Assembly: GCA_031431875.1 (NCBI GenBank)
Contig: JANPEF010000133.1
Location: forward strand, 1 to 40,352
Origin: Candidatus Eiseniibacteriota bacterium
GTDB lineage: Bacteria; Eisenbacteria; RBG-16-71-46; DASYSL01
Reading direction: 5' to 3'
Length of the DNA: 40,352 nucleotides
Made by a program: the position numbers and the translations under genes. Shown here piece by piece: positions 19,280 to 28,436 of this stretch. Numbering within the stretch: the first letter of the stretch is position 1; each line of letters opens with the position of its first letter. The notes beneath the pieces are model-generated. The model searched no databases. It was not told the DNA's origin and was given only the letters and a program-made list of their open reading frames with translations.

Positions 19280-20989
19280 CTAGTACCCCAGCGCGCAGCC
19301 GTCCTTGCGTTTCTCGGTCGCGCCCGCGTAGACGCCCGTGACCGGGTCGCGCGCGATCGCCTGGTATCCGCCGTAGCCGCCGACCGACTGCGGCTCGAGC
19401 TTGTGGCCCCGGTGACGCAGCTCGTCGAGCACGGCGGGGGGCAGCCCATCCTCGATGTGCAGGATGCCGCCATCCTTCATCACCGTGCCGGTCGGCTCGC
19501 TCGAGCCGGTGTGGTGAAAGCGGATCGCGTCGCCCGCCTCCTGCAGGTTCATCCCGAAGTCGACCAGGTTGACGATCACCTGCGCGTGGCCCTGGGGCTG
19601 CATGTCGCCACCCATCAGGCCGAACGCCATCCACGGCTTGCCGTCCTTGGTGACGAACGCGGGAATGATCGTGTGGAACGGGCGCTTGCCCGGCGCGTAC
19701 GAGTTGGGCTTGCCGGGCGCCAGGTCGAAGAGGTTGCCGCGGTTCTGCAGCCCGAAGCCCAGCGACGGGATGACGTAGCCCGAGCCGAAGCCCGTGTAGT
19801 TGCTCTGGATGAGCGAGACCATCATCCCGCTCGAGTCGGCCGCGCACAGGTACGTCGTCTCGCGGCGCGACAGCGCGACCGGATCGCCGGGCGCATCGAC
19901 CTGGGCGGCGTGCGCCGCATCGATGCCGCTGCGGCGTGAGGCCGCGTAGTCCTTGGCCAGCAGCTCGGCCACCGGAATCGCGGCGAAGTCGGGATCGGCG
20001 TAGTAGCGCGCGCGGTCGGCGTAGGCGACCTTCTTCGCCTCGACGAACGTGTGCCAGAAGTCGGCCGATTCGCGGCCCATCGCCTTCAGGTCGTAGCCCT
20101 CGAGCAGGTTGAGCAATTGCAGCGCGGCGATGCCCTGGCCGGGCGGCGGCAGCTCCCACACGTCGTAGCCACGGTAGTTCGTCGAGACCGGCGCGATCCA
20201 CTCGGAGCGATGCTTCGCGAAGTCCTCCCGCGTGAAGAAGCCGCGGTGCTTCTGCGAGTAGGCGACGATCGCCTCGGCGATCGGGCCCTCGTAGTACGCG
20301 GCGCGGCCGCCGGCGGCGATGGCGCGCAGCGTCTTCGCGAGCGCGGGGTTCCTGAAGATCTCGCCCTCGAGCGGCGCGCGACCGGCGGGCATGAATACGT
20401 CGGCAAAGCCGGGCTTGTCCTTGAAGCGTGTCACGGAACGGCCCCAATCGCTCGCGATCACCGGCGACAGCGGAAAGCCCTCCTCGGCGTAACGGATCGC
20501 CGGCGCGAGAACGGTGGCCAGGGGCAGCTTGCCGTACTTCGCGTGCAGCTCGATCCAGCCGTCGGCGCAGCCGGGCACGCTCCACGAATACGGCGAGTAG
20601 AGCGGGATCGTGCCGTCCTTCTCGGGCGGGATCTGCTCAACGCGAAGCCCGAGGGGCGAGCGGCCGCACGCGTTGAGCCCCGCGAGTTTCTTCGCTTCCG
20701 GATCCCACACGATGGCGAAGAGGTCGCCGCCGAGCCCGTTCGCGGTCGGCTCCATGAGGCCGAGGCACGCGTTGGTGGCGATCGCCGCGTCGACGGCGCT
20801 GCCGCCCTGCTTCAGCATCTCGAGGCCGGCCTGCACGGCGAGCGGCTGCGCGGCGCACACCATGCCGTGCGGGCCGTAGACGACCGAGCGCGTGGCCGCG
20901 CCGCGTGCGGCGCCCGTGTCCTGCGGTGTGGCTCCGTTCATGGCGAGAAACACTCCTGCGATGAGAAGCGCGCGTCCGGGCGACGGCAT
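19280..20989 (-). CDS. ggt: gamma-glutamyltransferase
   Basis: GGSAVDAAIA, GLGGDLF, ETTYLCAAD (Thr nucleophile), GFGSG, PGKRPFHTIIP, GLMGGDMQPQGH; SD GGAG before ATG 20989. Confidence 0.95.
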   Translation of the reverse strand: MPSPGRALLIAGVFLAMNGATPQDTGAARGAATRSVVYGPHGMVCAAQPLAVQAGLEMLKQGGSAVDAAIATNACLGLMEPTANGLGGDLFAIVWDPEAKKLAGLNACGRSPLGLRVEQIPPEKDGTIPLYSPYSWSVPGCADGWIELHAKYGKLPLATVLAPAIRYAEEGFPLSPVIASDWGRSVTRFKDKPGFADVFMPAGRAPLEGEIFRNPALAKTLRAIAAGGRAAYYEGPIAEAIVAYSQKHRGFFTREDFAKHRSEWIAPVSTNYRGYDVWELPPPGQGIAALQLLNLLEGYDLKAMGRESADFWHTFVEAKKVAYADRARYYADPDFAAIPVAELLAKDYAASRRSGIDAAHAAQVDAPGDPVALSRRETTYLCAADSSGMMVSLIQSNYTGFGSGYVIPSLGFGLQNRGNLFDLAPGKPNSYAPGKRPFHTIIPAFVTKDGKPWMAFGLMGGDMQPQGHAQVIVNLVDFGMNLQEAGDAIRFHHTGSSEPTGTVMKDGGILHIEDGLPPAVLDELRHRGHKLEPQSVGGYGGYQAIARDPVTGVYAGATEKRKDGCALGY

Positions 20990-21017
20990 AGTGAGTCTCC
21001 GGTGGACATTCGGGGGA

Positions 21018-21878
21018 CTACTGCGTCGGCTTCGCCGATACATCGAGGTGCTGGCGCAGGAACGCGATCGTCCGCGGCCACGCCTTCTGCGCGGCAGCCA
21101 GGTTCGCGCCGTCCCGCTCGTCCTGCTGGCGGAGGAATCCGTGGCCCGCGCCGGGATACAGGTTCGCCTCGTAGAACACCCCGCGCGCCTTCAGTGCGGT
21201 CTGCGCGGCTGGGATCGTCGCGTTGATGCGCGCATCGTCCTCGCCATACAGCCCGAGCACGGGTGCCTTCACATCGAGGATCATCGCGCTATCCGGGGAC
21301 GCGCCATAGTAGACGACGACGGCGTCGGGCGGCGGGGTCTGCGCGGCGTAGGCGAAGCTGCGGCCGCCGCCCCAGCAGAAGCCGAGCGTGCCGACCTTGC
21401 CGGTCGCGGCGGGAAGCGCGACGGCGTAGGCGCGCGCGGCGGTCGTGCGGCGCACGACCTCCTCGGGCGTGAGGCTGCGCGTGAGCTTGACCACCTCGTC
21501 ACGGCTCGCGACCGAGTCGGTGCCGCCGCCGCCCGGGCCCATGCCCGACAGGTAGTCCGGTGCGATCGCGATGAAGCCGTCGCCGGCCAGCCGATCGGCG
21601 ACCGCGCGCAACCACGGTGTGAGCCCGTAGACCTCTTGGATCACGATGACGACCGGGGCCTTGTCCTTGCGCTCGGGATAGACGACGTACGTGCGCAGCG
21701 CGGGGGCGTTCACGCCAAGCGGGATGTCGACCCACTCGCCATGGCGCGGGGAGGCCTCGAGCACGGCGGCTGCGCCGTCGGCGCCGGGCGGAATGGCGGG
21801 GCCGGGCGCAGTCTTGGCCGCGGCGAGGGACGGCGCGGCGAAAGTGAGCACGAGGACGAGCGCGGCGGTGCGAAGCAT
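21018..21878 (-). CDS. exported dienelactone hydrolase family protein
   Basis: Signal peptide; VIQEVYGL, GFCWGG, GEDDARI, YPGAGHGF; SD GGAGG. Confidence 0.92.
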   Translation of the reverse strand: MLRTAALVLVLTFAAPSLAAAKTAPGPAIPPGADGAAAVLEASPRHGEWVDIPLGVNAPALRTYVVYPERKDKAPVVIVIQEVYGLTPWLRAVADRLAGDGFIAIAPDYLSGMGPGGGGTDSVASRDEVVKLTRSLTPEEVVRRTTAARAYAVALPAATGKVGTLGFCWGGGRSFAYAAQTPPPDAVVVYYGASPDSAMILDVKAPVLGLYGEDDARINATIPAAQTALKARGVFYEANLYPGAGHGFLRQQDERDGANLAAAQKAWPRTIAFLRQHLDVSAKPTQ

Positions 21879-21947
21879 GTGGACCTCCGGGAACGGCGGG
21901 TGTCGATGCCGCCCCGGGGCCGGGGCCGCGAGGTGATCGGATGAAGC

Positions 21948-22637
21948 CTAGGTGGTGGTCTGCGGCGCCGGCTTGACCGGCCCGCCCCGCATGGGCACGA
22001 ACTGCACGGGGATCAGGTTGCGCGACTCGAAGCCGCGCTCGCCCTCGCGCACCCACTGCTGCAGCATCTGCGAGCGTCGGCCGACCGGGATCACAAGGCG
22101 GCCGCCCGGGACGAGCTGCTGGAGCAGCGTCATCGGCACCGTCTCGGGCGCCGCGGTGACGACGATTGCGTCGTACGGCGCCTCGGCGGACCAGCCCTCG
22201 AACCCGTTGCCCTGGTGGACCACCACGTCGTGGTAGCCGAGCGTCGCCAGGCGCGCGGTCGCGTCGCGGGCGATCTCCTCGTCGAGTTCGATGCTGTGAA
22301 CGCTGCCGGCGATCTCGGCGAGCACGGCGGCCTGGTAGCCCGAGCCGGTGCCGACCTCGAGCACCTTCTCGCCGCCCTCGAGGTGCAGCGCCTCGGTCAT
22401 CAGGGCGACGATGTACGGCTGGGAGATGGTTTGCTCGCGGCCGATCGGCAGCGGCGCGTCGCGATACGCGGATTCGCGCACGTCGGCGGGCACGAACTCA
22501 TGACGGGGAACGATGCGCATCGCCGCGAGCACGAGCGGATCCTTCACGCCGCGCGAGACGATCTGCTCGGCGACCATCCGCTTGCGCTCCTCGGACAGGC
22601 GCAGGCTTTCGCTGTAGGTCATGGTTTCCAGGGGCAC
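21948..22637 (-). CDS. pcm: protein-L-isoaspartate O-methyltransferase
   Basis: VPRHEFV, QTISQPYIVALM, VLEVGTGSGYQAAVLA, APYDAIVVTAA, FVPM. Confidence 0.96.
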   Translation of the reverse strand: MPLETMTYSESLRLSEERKRMVAEQIVSRGVKDPLVLAAMRIVPRHEFVPADVRESAYRDAPLPIGREQTISQPYIVALMTEALHLEGGEKVLEVGTGSGYQAAVLAEIAGSVHSIELDEEIARDATARLATLGYHDVVVHQGNGFEGWSAEAPYDAIVVTAAPETVPMTLLQQLVPGGRLVIPVGRRSQMLQQWVREGERGFESRNLIPVQFVPMRGGPVKPAPQTTT

Positions 22638-22774
22638 GGTGCGTTCCTCCGTTGGTCTCCATTATGATGCAGGGCCCCCTCCCCTGCACGCGCCTCTTTG
22701 CAGGCTTTTCACGCTGCGCCCGGCCGGGTAGGATGCCGGCGTCCCAGTCCATCCCCCCTCGGGAGGTCCGTTCC

Positions 22775-23824
22775 ATGGTCCAACGTCCGAACTCGGTCGC
22801 ACGTCCGCTCTTCGCCCGTCCGCTCGCCGTCCTCGTTCTCGTCCTCGCCGCCGCGGTCGCCGGGTGCTCCTCGGCCCGTCCCGAACTGCCGCGCAGCCCG
22901 CAGGAGCGCCATGTCATGCGCGAGAAGGGGGCGGCGATGATCGACTCCCTGGTCCTCGCGCACGGTGGAATGGAGGCCTGGAACGGGGTCCGCGAGATGA
23001 CGTTTCGGGGCACCGACGAGTGGACCGGGATGTGGGGCAAGGTCCTCAACCCCTGGCCGGTCGAGCGCGCCGCGGGCGAGAACCGCTTCCGCGTGCACGA
23101 CGGGCTCGGGCGGGTGGCGATCGTCACCGACGATGGGACGCTGACCTATGGCATGGGACTGACCGGACCCTGGGCGCTGCTCCGCGGGGAGCCGTCACCG
23201 CGAGCGCAGGACGAAGTCGCGGCGCGTTACATCGTCGCGTGGCATGGTTTCCTCGCGGGGGTACCGTACCGCTTCAAGGAGTCGGGCGCCGTCGCGCACT
23301 ACCTGGGCCGCGCGCACCGCAAGTACAAGAACTCGCTGCAGGAGTTCGACGAGGTGCTGGTCACCTATCCGCCCGAGGGCGAGGTGTGGCCCGACGACTG
23401 GTTCATCGTGCGCATGGACGCCAATACGCACGAGATGCGCACGCTCACCTACGTGACGAGCAATCGCTCGCAGCGCCTCATCGAGACGACGTGCGAGTTC
23501 AGCGACTACGTCGTGGTCGAGGGCCTGAAGATCCCGACCACGCGCACCTGCTTCGTGTCCTCGCCCGTCGAGGCGAAGCTCCATACCTGGACGATGGCCG
23601 ACCTGCGCTTCAACCAGATCTCGCCCGACGACACGTTCGAGCGCAAGGGTGCCGGCCTGACCGCGGGCGCGGTGATCGACAGCGCCGCCGCCGTCGCGGG
23701 CGCGATCGTCGACAGCGTGGGGGCCGTCGCAGGTGAGGCGATCGACAGCCTGGGTTCGAAGGCGTCCCAGGCCGCCGGCGCGGTGAAGGACGCGGCGAAG
23801 AAGGTCGCGCCGGCGGGGAAGTAG
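22775..23824 (+). CDS. hypothetical lipoprotein (possibly LolA-like fold) with an 11-residue-repeat tail
   Basis: SD GGAGG; lipobox [12 protein letters not shown] near the N-terminus and [13 protein letters not shown]; Ala-rich repeated C-terminus. Confidence 0.7.
   Translation: MVQRPNSVARPLFARPLAVLVLVLAAAVAGCSSARPELPRSPQERHVMREKGAAMIDSLVLAHGGMEAWNGVREMTFRGTDEWTGMWGKVLNPWPVERAAGENRFRVHDGLGRVAIVTDDGTLTYGMGLTGPWALLRGEPSPRAQDEVAARYIVAWHGFLAGVPYRFKESGAVAHYLGRAHRKYKNSLQEFDEVLVTYPPEGEVWPDDWFIVRMDANTHEMRTLTYVTSNRSQRLIETTCEFSDYVVVEGLKIPTTRTCFVSSPVEAKLHTWTMADLRFNQISPDDTFERKGAGLTAGAVIDSAAAVAGAIVDSVGAVAGEAIDSLGSKASQAAGAVKDAAKKVAPAGK
23663..23761 (+). repeat. three imperfect 33-bp coding tandem repeats
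   Basis: Encodes [11 protein letters not shown] / [11 protein letters not shown] / [11 protein letters not shown]. Confidence 0.75.
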
Positions 23825-23825
23825 C

Positions 23826-24440
23826 ATCAGCGGCGCACCGCGGTTCTCGCCTTGGCGGCCGCATCCGTGGCACGGGCTGTCGACGGGGCCCGAGCCGCCG
23901 CGTCTCGTGCATGCCTACATCGAGATCACGCCGTTCGACCTGGTGAAGTACGAGATCGACAAGGACTCGGGCTACCTCAAGGTCGACCGCCCGCAGCGCA
24001 CCTCGTCGCTGCCGCCCGCGCTGTACGGATTCCTGCCGCGCACCTACGCCGGGAAGCGCGTGGCCGCGTGCATGGAGGGCGCGACCGACGGCGACCACGA
24101 CCCGCTCGACGTCTGCGTGATCAGCGAGCGCCCCATCGCGCGCTCGGAGATCCTGCTCGAGGCCCGCGTCATCGGCGGCGTTCCGATGCTCGATGCCGGA
24201 GCGGCCGACGACAAGATCCTCGCCGTGCTCTCGACCGACCCCGTGTGGTCCGAGGTCGAGGACGTGGCCGGGCTGCCCAAGGCCATGGTCGATCGCATCG
24301 TCCACTACTTCGCGACCTACAAGTCGCTCCCGGGCGAGCCCGCGCGCGGACGCGTCGGCGCGGTCTACGGTCCCGCGCACGCGTTCGACGTCATCCGCGC
24401 CGCGATGGCCGACTACGCGGAGCTCGTCCCGCCCGCCTGA
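23826..24440 (+). CDS. ppa: family I inorganic pyrophosphatase
   Basis: [36 protein letters not shown]. The in-frame RPHPWHG motif lies upstream of GTG 23907, so the start is placed at ATC 23826 (uncertain). Confidence 0.92.
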   Translation: MSGAPRFSPWRPHPWHGLSTGPEPPRLVHAYIEITPFDLVKYEIDKDSGYLKVDRPQRTSSLPPALYGFLPRTYAGKRVAACMEGATDGDHDPLDVCVISERPIARSEILLEARVIGGVPMLDAGAADDKILAVLSTDPVWSEVEDVAGLPKAMVDRIVHYFATYKSLPGEPARGRVGAVYGPAHAFDVIRAAMADYAELVPPA

Positions 24441-24563
24441 CATCGCCGTTCGCCCCGCTCGTCCCACCGTTCGTCCCGCCTCGCGCAACCCCGTCGCGGC
24501 ACCGCTCGTAGGCCCCGCACCACCCCGGGGCACCCCGGACCCGGACCACCGATCGGAGGATCC

Positions 24564-26306
24564 ATGTCGTCCCGCACCGCCACCCCGGCGGCCGCCGTAC
24601 TCCGGCGTGCCGCGTCGCTCGCGTTCGCCGCGCTCCTCACCCTCCTTCCGTTCCTTGCCGGGCCGTCCGCCGCTTCTGCTGCATCCACCCTCTCCCCCGG
24701 TCGCCAGCTCGCCCTCCGCCTGCGCGCTGATTCGCTCTCGGTCGCCGGTGCGGCATCCGCCGACAGCGCGATTGCCGCGTATGAGCGCCTGCTCGCCGCC
24801 GACTCCACCGACTACGAGGCGACATGGCGTCTGGCGCAGCTCCTGCGCCGCAACGGTCGCATGGACGATGCGGTCGGCTACGGGCTGCGCGCGTTCCGCC
24901 ACGATTTCGCCGATCGTGAGGGCACGCTGTGCGAGGTCGCGCGCTGGCACGCCGCCGCAGGGCGCACGGAGGAGGCGCTCGACTGGCTCGAGCGCTGCGT
25001 GAACGCGCCGATGCTCGAGCGCCCTGAGCTGAAGACCGACGAGGCGTTCGCCGCGATGCGCGACAACCCGCGCTTTCGCGACCTCGCCGGCTACGGCACG
25101 GCGGGCGAGCTCACCCGCGTCCAGGGCTGGCGCGAGGACCTCGCCTTCTTCCTGCACGAGGCGCGCCGCTTGCATGCCGACCCGATGCGTCCGGCGTTCG
25201 CGCCCTCCTTCGAGGACGAGGTGGGCGCCCTGTCGCAGCGCGTGCCCGAGCTCGACGACATGGGCGTCGCGATGGAGCTGCAAAAGCTCATCGTCAAGCG
25301 GCTGGGGGACGGGCACAGCACGGTCTATCCCATTCCGACCGAACACGTTCCGTTCTCGATCCTTCCCGTGTGCCCGTGGTTCTTCGCCGACGGCCTGTAT
25401 GTGATCGATGCCACGCCCGAGTACTTGCGCCTGGTCGGACGGAAGATCACGGCGATCGGCGGGAAGCCGGTGGATCACATCGCCAGGGATCTCGAGCCGT
25501 ACGTGGCGCGCGACAACATGCAGGGCATCGTCTCGATCGGCACACTGTACCTGCGGGTCCCCGCGGTGCTGCGCGCCATGGGCTACATCACCGACCTCGA
25601 GCACGTGACGATCACGACGGCGGACGAGCGCGGCAAGAGCGAGACCGTGACGCTGGGGCCCGGGGGGCACGAGCTGTCGCGCGGCCTCGTGCCGCCGCCG
25701 GCCGCGCCGGGGCGCGCGACCGACGCCTCGCTGGCGCGGCGCGACGAGACGGCGTGGTTCGCGGCACGCCCCGACCTGGGAGCGGTGTATGCGCAGTTCA
25801 ACGAGGTGCGCAATCCCGACGGCAGCTCGGTCGGCAAGTTCGCCGGACAGGTGCGCGACGAGCTCCGGCGGACCGGTGCGACGACGCTGATCCTCGACCT
25901 GCGCCACAACCGCGGCGGCAACAACTTCCTGATCTGGCCGCTGGTGCGCCTCGCCGCGTGGCACGAGACCGAGGGGCCGGGCCGGCGCACGTTCGTCATC
26001 ACGGGGCGCGCCACGTTCTCCGCCAGCCAGAACCTGGTGAATCATCTCGATCGAGCGACCAACGCGATCTTCGTCGGCGAGCCCGCCGGCTCGCGGCCCA
26101 ACTTCACCGGCGAGGACACGTGGGTCGAGCTGCCGTGGTCGAAGCTCCGCCTGTCGATCTCGGCACGCTACTGGCAGGACTCGTTCCCGACCGACGAGCG
26201 CCCCTATGTTGGCGTGGCGATGCCGGCGACGATGACCTCGGCCGACTGGAAGGCCGGCCGCGACCCGGTGATGGAGGGCCTGGGGGCGTACTTGACGGGG
26301 CGCTGA
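24564..26306 (+). CDS. exported TPR plus S41-family peptidase
   Basis: Signal peptide; TPR-like helices; LGDGHS, ILDLRHNRGG, TFSAS, VGEPAG; SD GGAGG. Confidence 0.82.
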   Translation: MSSRTATPAAAVLRRAASLAFAALLTLLPFLAGPSAASAASTLSPGRQLALRLRADSLSVAGAASADSAIAAYERLLAADSTDYEATWRLAQLLRRNGRMDDAVGYGLRAFRHDFADREGTLCEVARWHAAAGRTEEALDWLERCVNAPMLERPELKTDEAFAAMRDNPRFRDLAGYGTAGELTRVQGWREDLAFFLHEARRLHADPMRPAFAPSFEDEVGALSQRVPELDDMGVAMELQKLIVKRLGDGHSTVYPIPTEHVPFSILPVCPWFFADGLYVIDATPEYLRLVGRKITAIGGKPVDHIARDLEPYVARDNMQGIVSIGTLYLRVPAVLRAMGYITDLEHVTITTADERGKSETVTLGPGGHELSRGLVPPPAAPGRATDASLARRDETAWFAARPDLGAVYAQFNEVRNPDGSSVGKFAGQVRDELRRTGATTLILDLRHNRGGNNFLIWPLVRLAAWHETEGPGRRTFVITGRATFSASQNLVNHLDRATNAIFVGEPAGSRPNFTGEDTWVELPWSKLRLSISARYWQDSFPTDERPYVGVAMPATMTSADWKAGRDPVMEGLGAYLTGR

Positions 26307-26414
26307 GCGGGAATGCGGTTTCGGGGAAAGAGCGGAGGGGTTCGTGGCATCCTATGCGCACCCTTGACGGTCCCGATCCGTCCCGATCCACCCAGCCCAC
26401 GAAAGGATCCTCCC

Positions 26415-27275
26415 ATGGCACACCTGGTTCTCGGTGGCACCGGCACGGTCGGCGGCGCCACCGTGCAGGCCCTGCTCGCGCGCGGCGAAAAGGTCCACGT
26501 CCTCACCCGTTCGGCCGACAAGGCGAAGGCGCTCCCCGCGGGCGTCATCGGCGTGATCGGGGACCTGGGCGATCCGCTCACCTACGACGCCATCTTCCGG
26601 GGCGTGGACACGGTGTTCCTGATCAATGCGCTCGGCCTGGGCGAACTGCAGGAAGGCCTGTCGGCCCTGGCCGAGGCGAAGCGCGCCGGCGTGAAGCGCC
26701 TGGTCTACCTCTCCGTGCACGACCTGGAGAAGGGAATCGCCATCCCGCACTTCGCCGGGAAGATCGCGATCGAGAGCGCGATCAAGGCGAGCGGCATCCC
26801 GTACGTGATCCTGCGTCCGAACAACTTCTTCCAGAACGACGTGTGGTTCCAGGACGCGATCCTCAAGTCCGGCGTCTATCCGCAGCCCTTCGGCTCGGCC
26901 GGGATCTCGCGCGTCGACGTGCGCGACATCGCCGATGCGGCGGTGAACGCGCTGACCGACCCGAAATTCGAGAACAAGACGTACGCGCTGGTCGGCCCCG
27001 AGCCACTCAAGGCGCCCGAGACCGCGGCAATGTGGTCCAGGGCGCTGGGGCGCCCGATCGCGTACGGCGGCGACGACCTGGCGGCGTGGTCGGTGCAGCA
27101 GCGCCAGTGGCTGCCGGCGTGGATGGTCTACGACTTCGCGATGATGTACACGGTGTTCCAGACTCAGGGCCTGGTCGCCACGCCCGCACAGGTCGCCGAG
27201 ACGACGGCGATCGCCGGACACCCGCCGCGCAGTTATGCCGACTATGTCGCGGAGACCGTTGCGGCCTGGACGTAA
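26415..27275 (+). CDS. NmrA-like atypical SDR, NAD(P)-binding protein
   Basis: LVLGGTGTVG, ILRPNNFFQN, VDVRDIA. Confidence 0.9.
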   Translation: MAHLVLGGTGTVGGATVQALLARGEKVHVLTRSADKAKALPAGVIGVIGDLGDPLTYDAIFRGVDTVFLINALGLGELQEGLSALAEAKRAGVKRLVYLSVHDLEKGIAIPHFAGKIAIESAIKASGIPYVILRPNNFFQNDVWFQDAILKSGVYPQPFGSAGISRVDVRDIADAAVNALTDPKFENKTYALVGPEPLKAPETAAMWSRALGRPIAYGGDDLAAWSVQQRQWLPAWMVYDFAMMYTVFQTQGLVATPAQVAETTAIAGHPPRSYADYVAETVAAWT

Positions 27276-27294
27276 TTCGGGCCGGAGCTTTCGT

Positions 27295-27807
27295 TCACGC
27301 CGGCTCGTCCGCGCTCGCGCCGTAGAGCGCGGGCACCGGCACGTCGAGCAGGCGCAGGTACACGGTGAGTTGTCCGCGGTGGTGGATCGCGTGGTCGAGG
27401 AGGTAGGTGCGCAACGCGTCCGCGCGCGTCATCGTGCGCAGCGTGACGTCGGCGCGCCGGAGCGACCACGGGGCGGCCAGTGTCTCCGCGGCGCAGGCGG
27501 CGATCGCGGCGTGCCCCGCGGCGACATTCTGGTCGAAGAGCGCGAGGATGGCCGTCACGGATGTCGGAACGGGGGGCGCTGTCGCCGTCCGCGTCTCGTT
27601 CGCCGCCACGTCATAGCTGTCGTACCCGATCATGCCGGCCGTCCACCCGGGCAGCCGCGAAAGGTGCGTCGCGAGTTCGCCCGCGCACCACGATTTCGGG
27701 TGCGGGCGGAAGTCGAGGCGATCCGCCGGGACGCGCGCGAGCACGCGGCGGATGTCGGCCATCGTGGAATCGAAAGCGGACAGGAGCGCGAGGGCAGGGC
27801 TGGACAT
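27295..27807 (-). CDS. DinB-family protein
   Basis: FRPHPKSW, LATHL, HAIHHRGQLTVYLRLLDVPVPALYG. Confidence 0.92.
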   Translation of the reverse strand: MSSPALALLSAFDSTMADIRRVLARVPADRLDFRPHPKSWCAGELATHLSRLPGWTAGMIGYDSYDVAANETRTATAPPVPTSVTAILALFDQNVAAGHAAIAACAAETLAAPWSLRRADVTLRTMTRADALRTYLLDHAIHHRGQLTVYLRLLDVPVPALYGASADEPA

Positions 27808-28037
27808 GCCGCGGAACGTAGTGCATGCCCGCGCGGTGCGCCATGTCCGAAAATCGCCGTTGTGGTGCGTGTTGCGGGCCGATGGCGCCCGTGCCCGGTG
27901 AAATCGCGGTCAACGGCATGCCATGGCGCTTGCGAGGCGCCCCGTCGTTCTCCACCATGAAGTCAGACGCGGGGCGCCCGTCTGCCGCCGCACCCGATGG
28001 TGGAGCCGATCCACCCGCACCCTGGCCGAGGATCCCG

Positions 28038-28430
28038 ATGTCCCAGCTCCCCCCGATTGACGATGGGCCGACCCCGACCCCGACGCCGTTCCCCGCCCGC
28101 CTGCTCGCGGCCGGACTGCTCGGACTCGGGATCGTCGCCGTGCTGGGCTTCGTGATCCTGCAGGGCATGCAGCGCGGCGGGATCGGCGGCCGTGGCACGG
28201 CCGCGAACGACGTCGTCGTGATCGCGATCGACGGCATGTCGTGCGTGGGTTGTGCGGGCGCGGTCGAGTCGACCATTCGCGAGGTCGAGGGCGTGGCCGA
28301 GGTCGCCGTCGACTACGATCGCCGCCGCGCGAGCATCCGCTTGTCCGACACGAACGTGGCGCCCGCCACACTCGTCGCCGCGGTCGAGGACGCCGGCTAC
28401 AAGGCGCGCGTCGAGACCGGCGACCGCTAA
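28038..28430 (+). CDS. membrane-anchored heavy-metal-associated (CopZ/MerP-like) domain protein
   Basis: N-terminal TM helix; IDGMSCVGCA; AVEDAGY. Start approximate. Confidence 0.85.
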   Translation: MSQLPPIDDGPTPTPTPFPARLLAAGLLGLGIVAVLGFVILQGMQRGGIGGRGTAANDVVVIAIDGMSCVGCAGAVESTIREVEGVAEVAVDYDRRRASIRLSDTNVAPATLVAAVEDAGYKARVETGDR

Positions 28431-28436
28431 GCCCCT

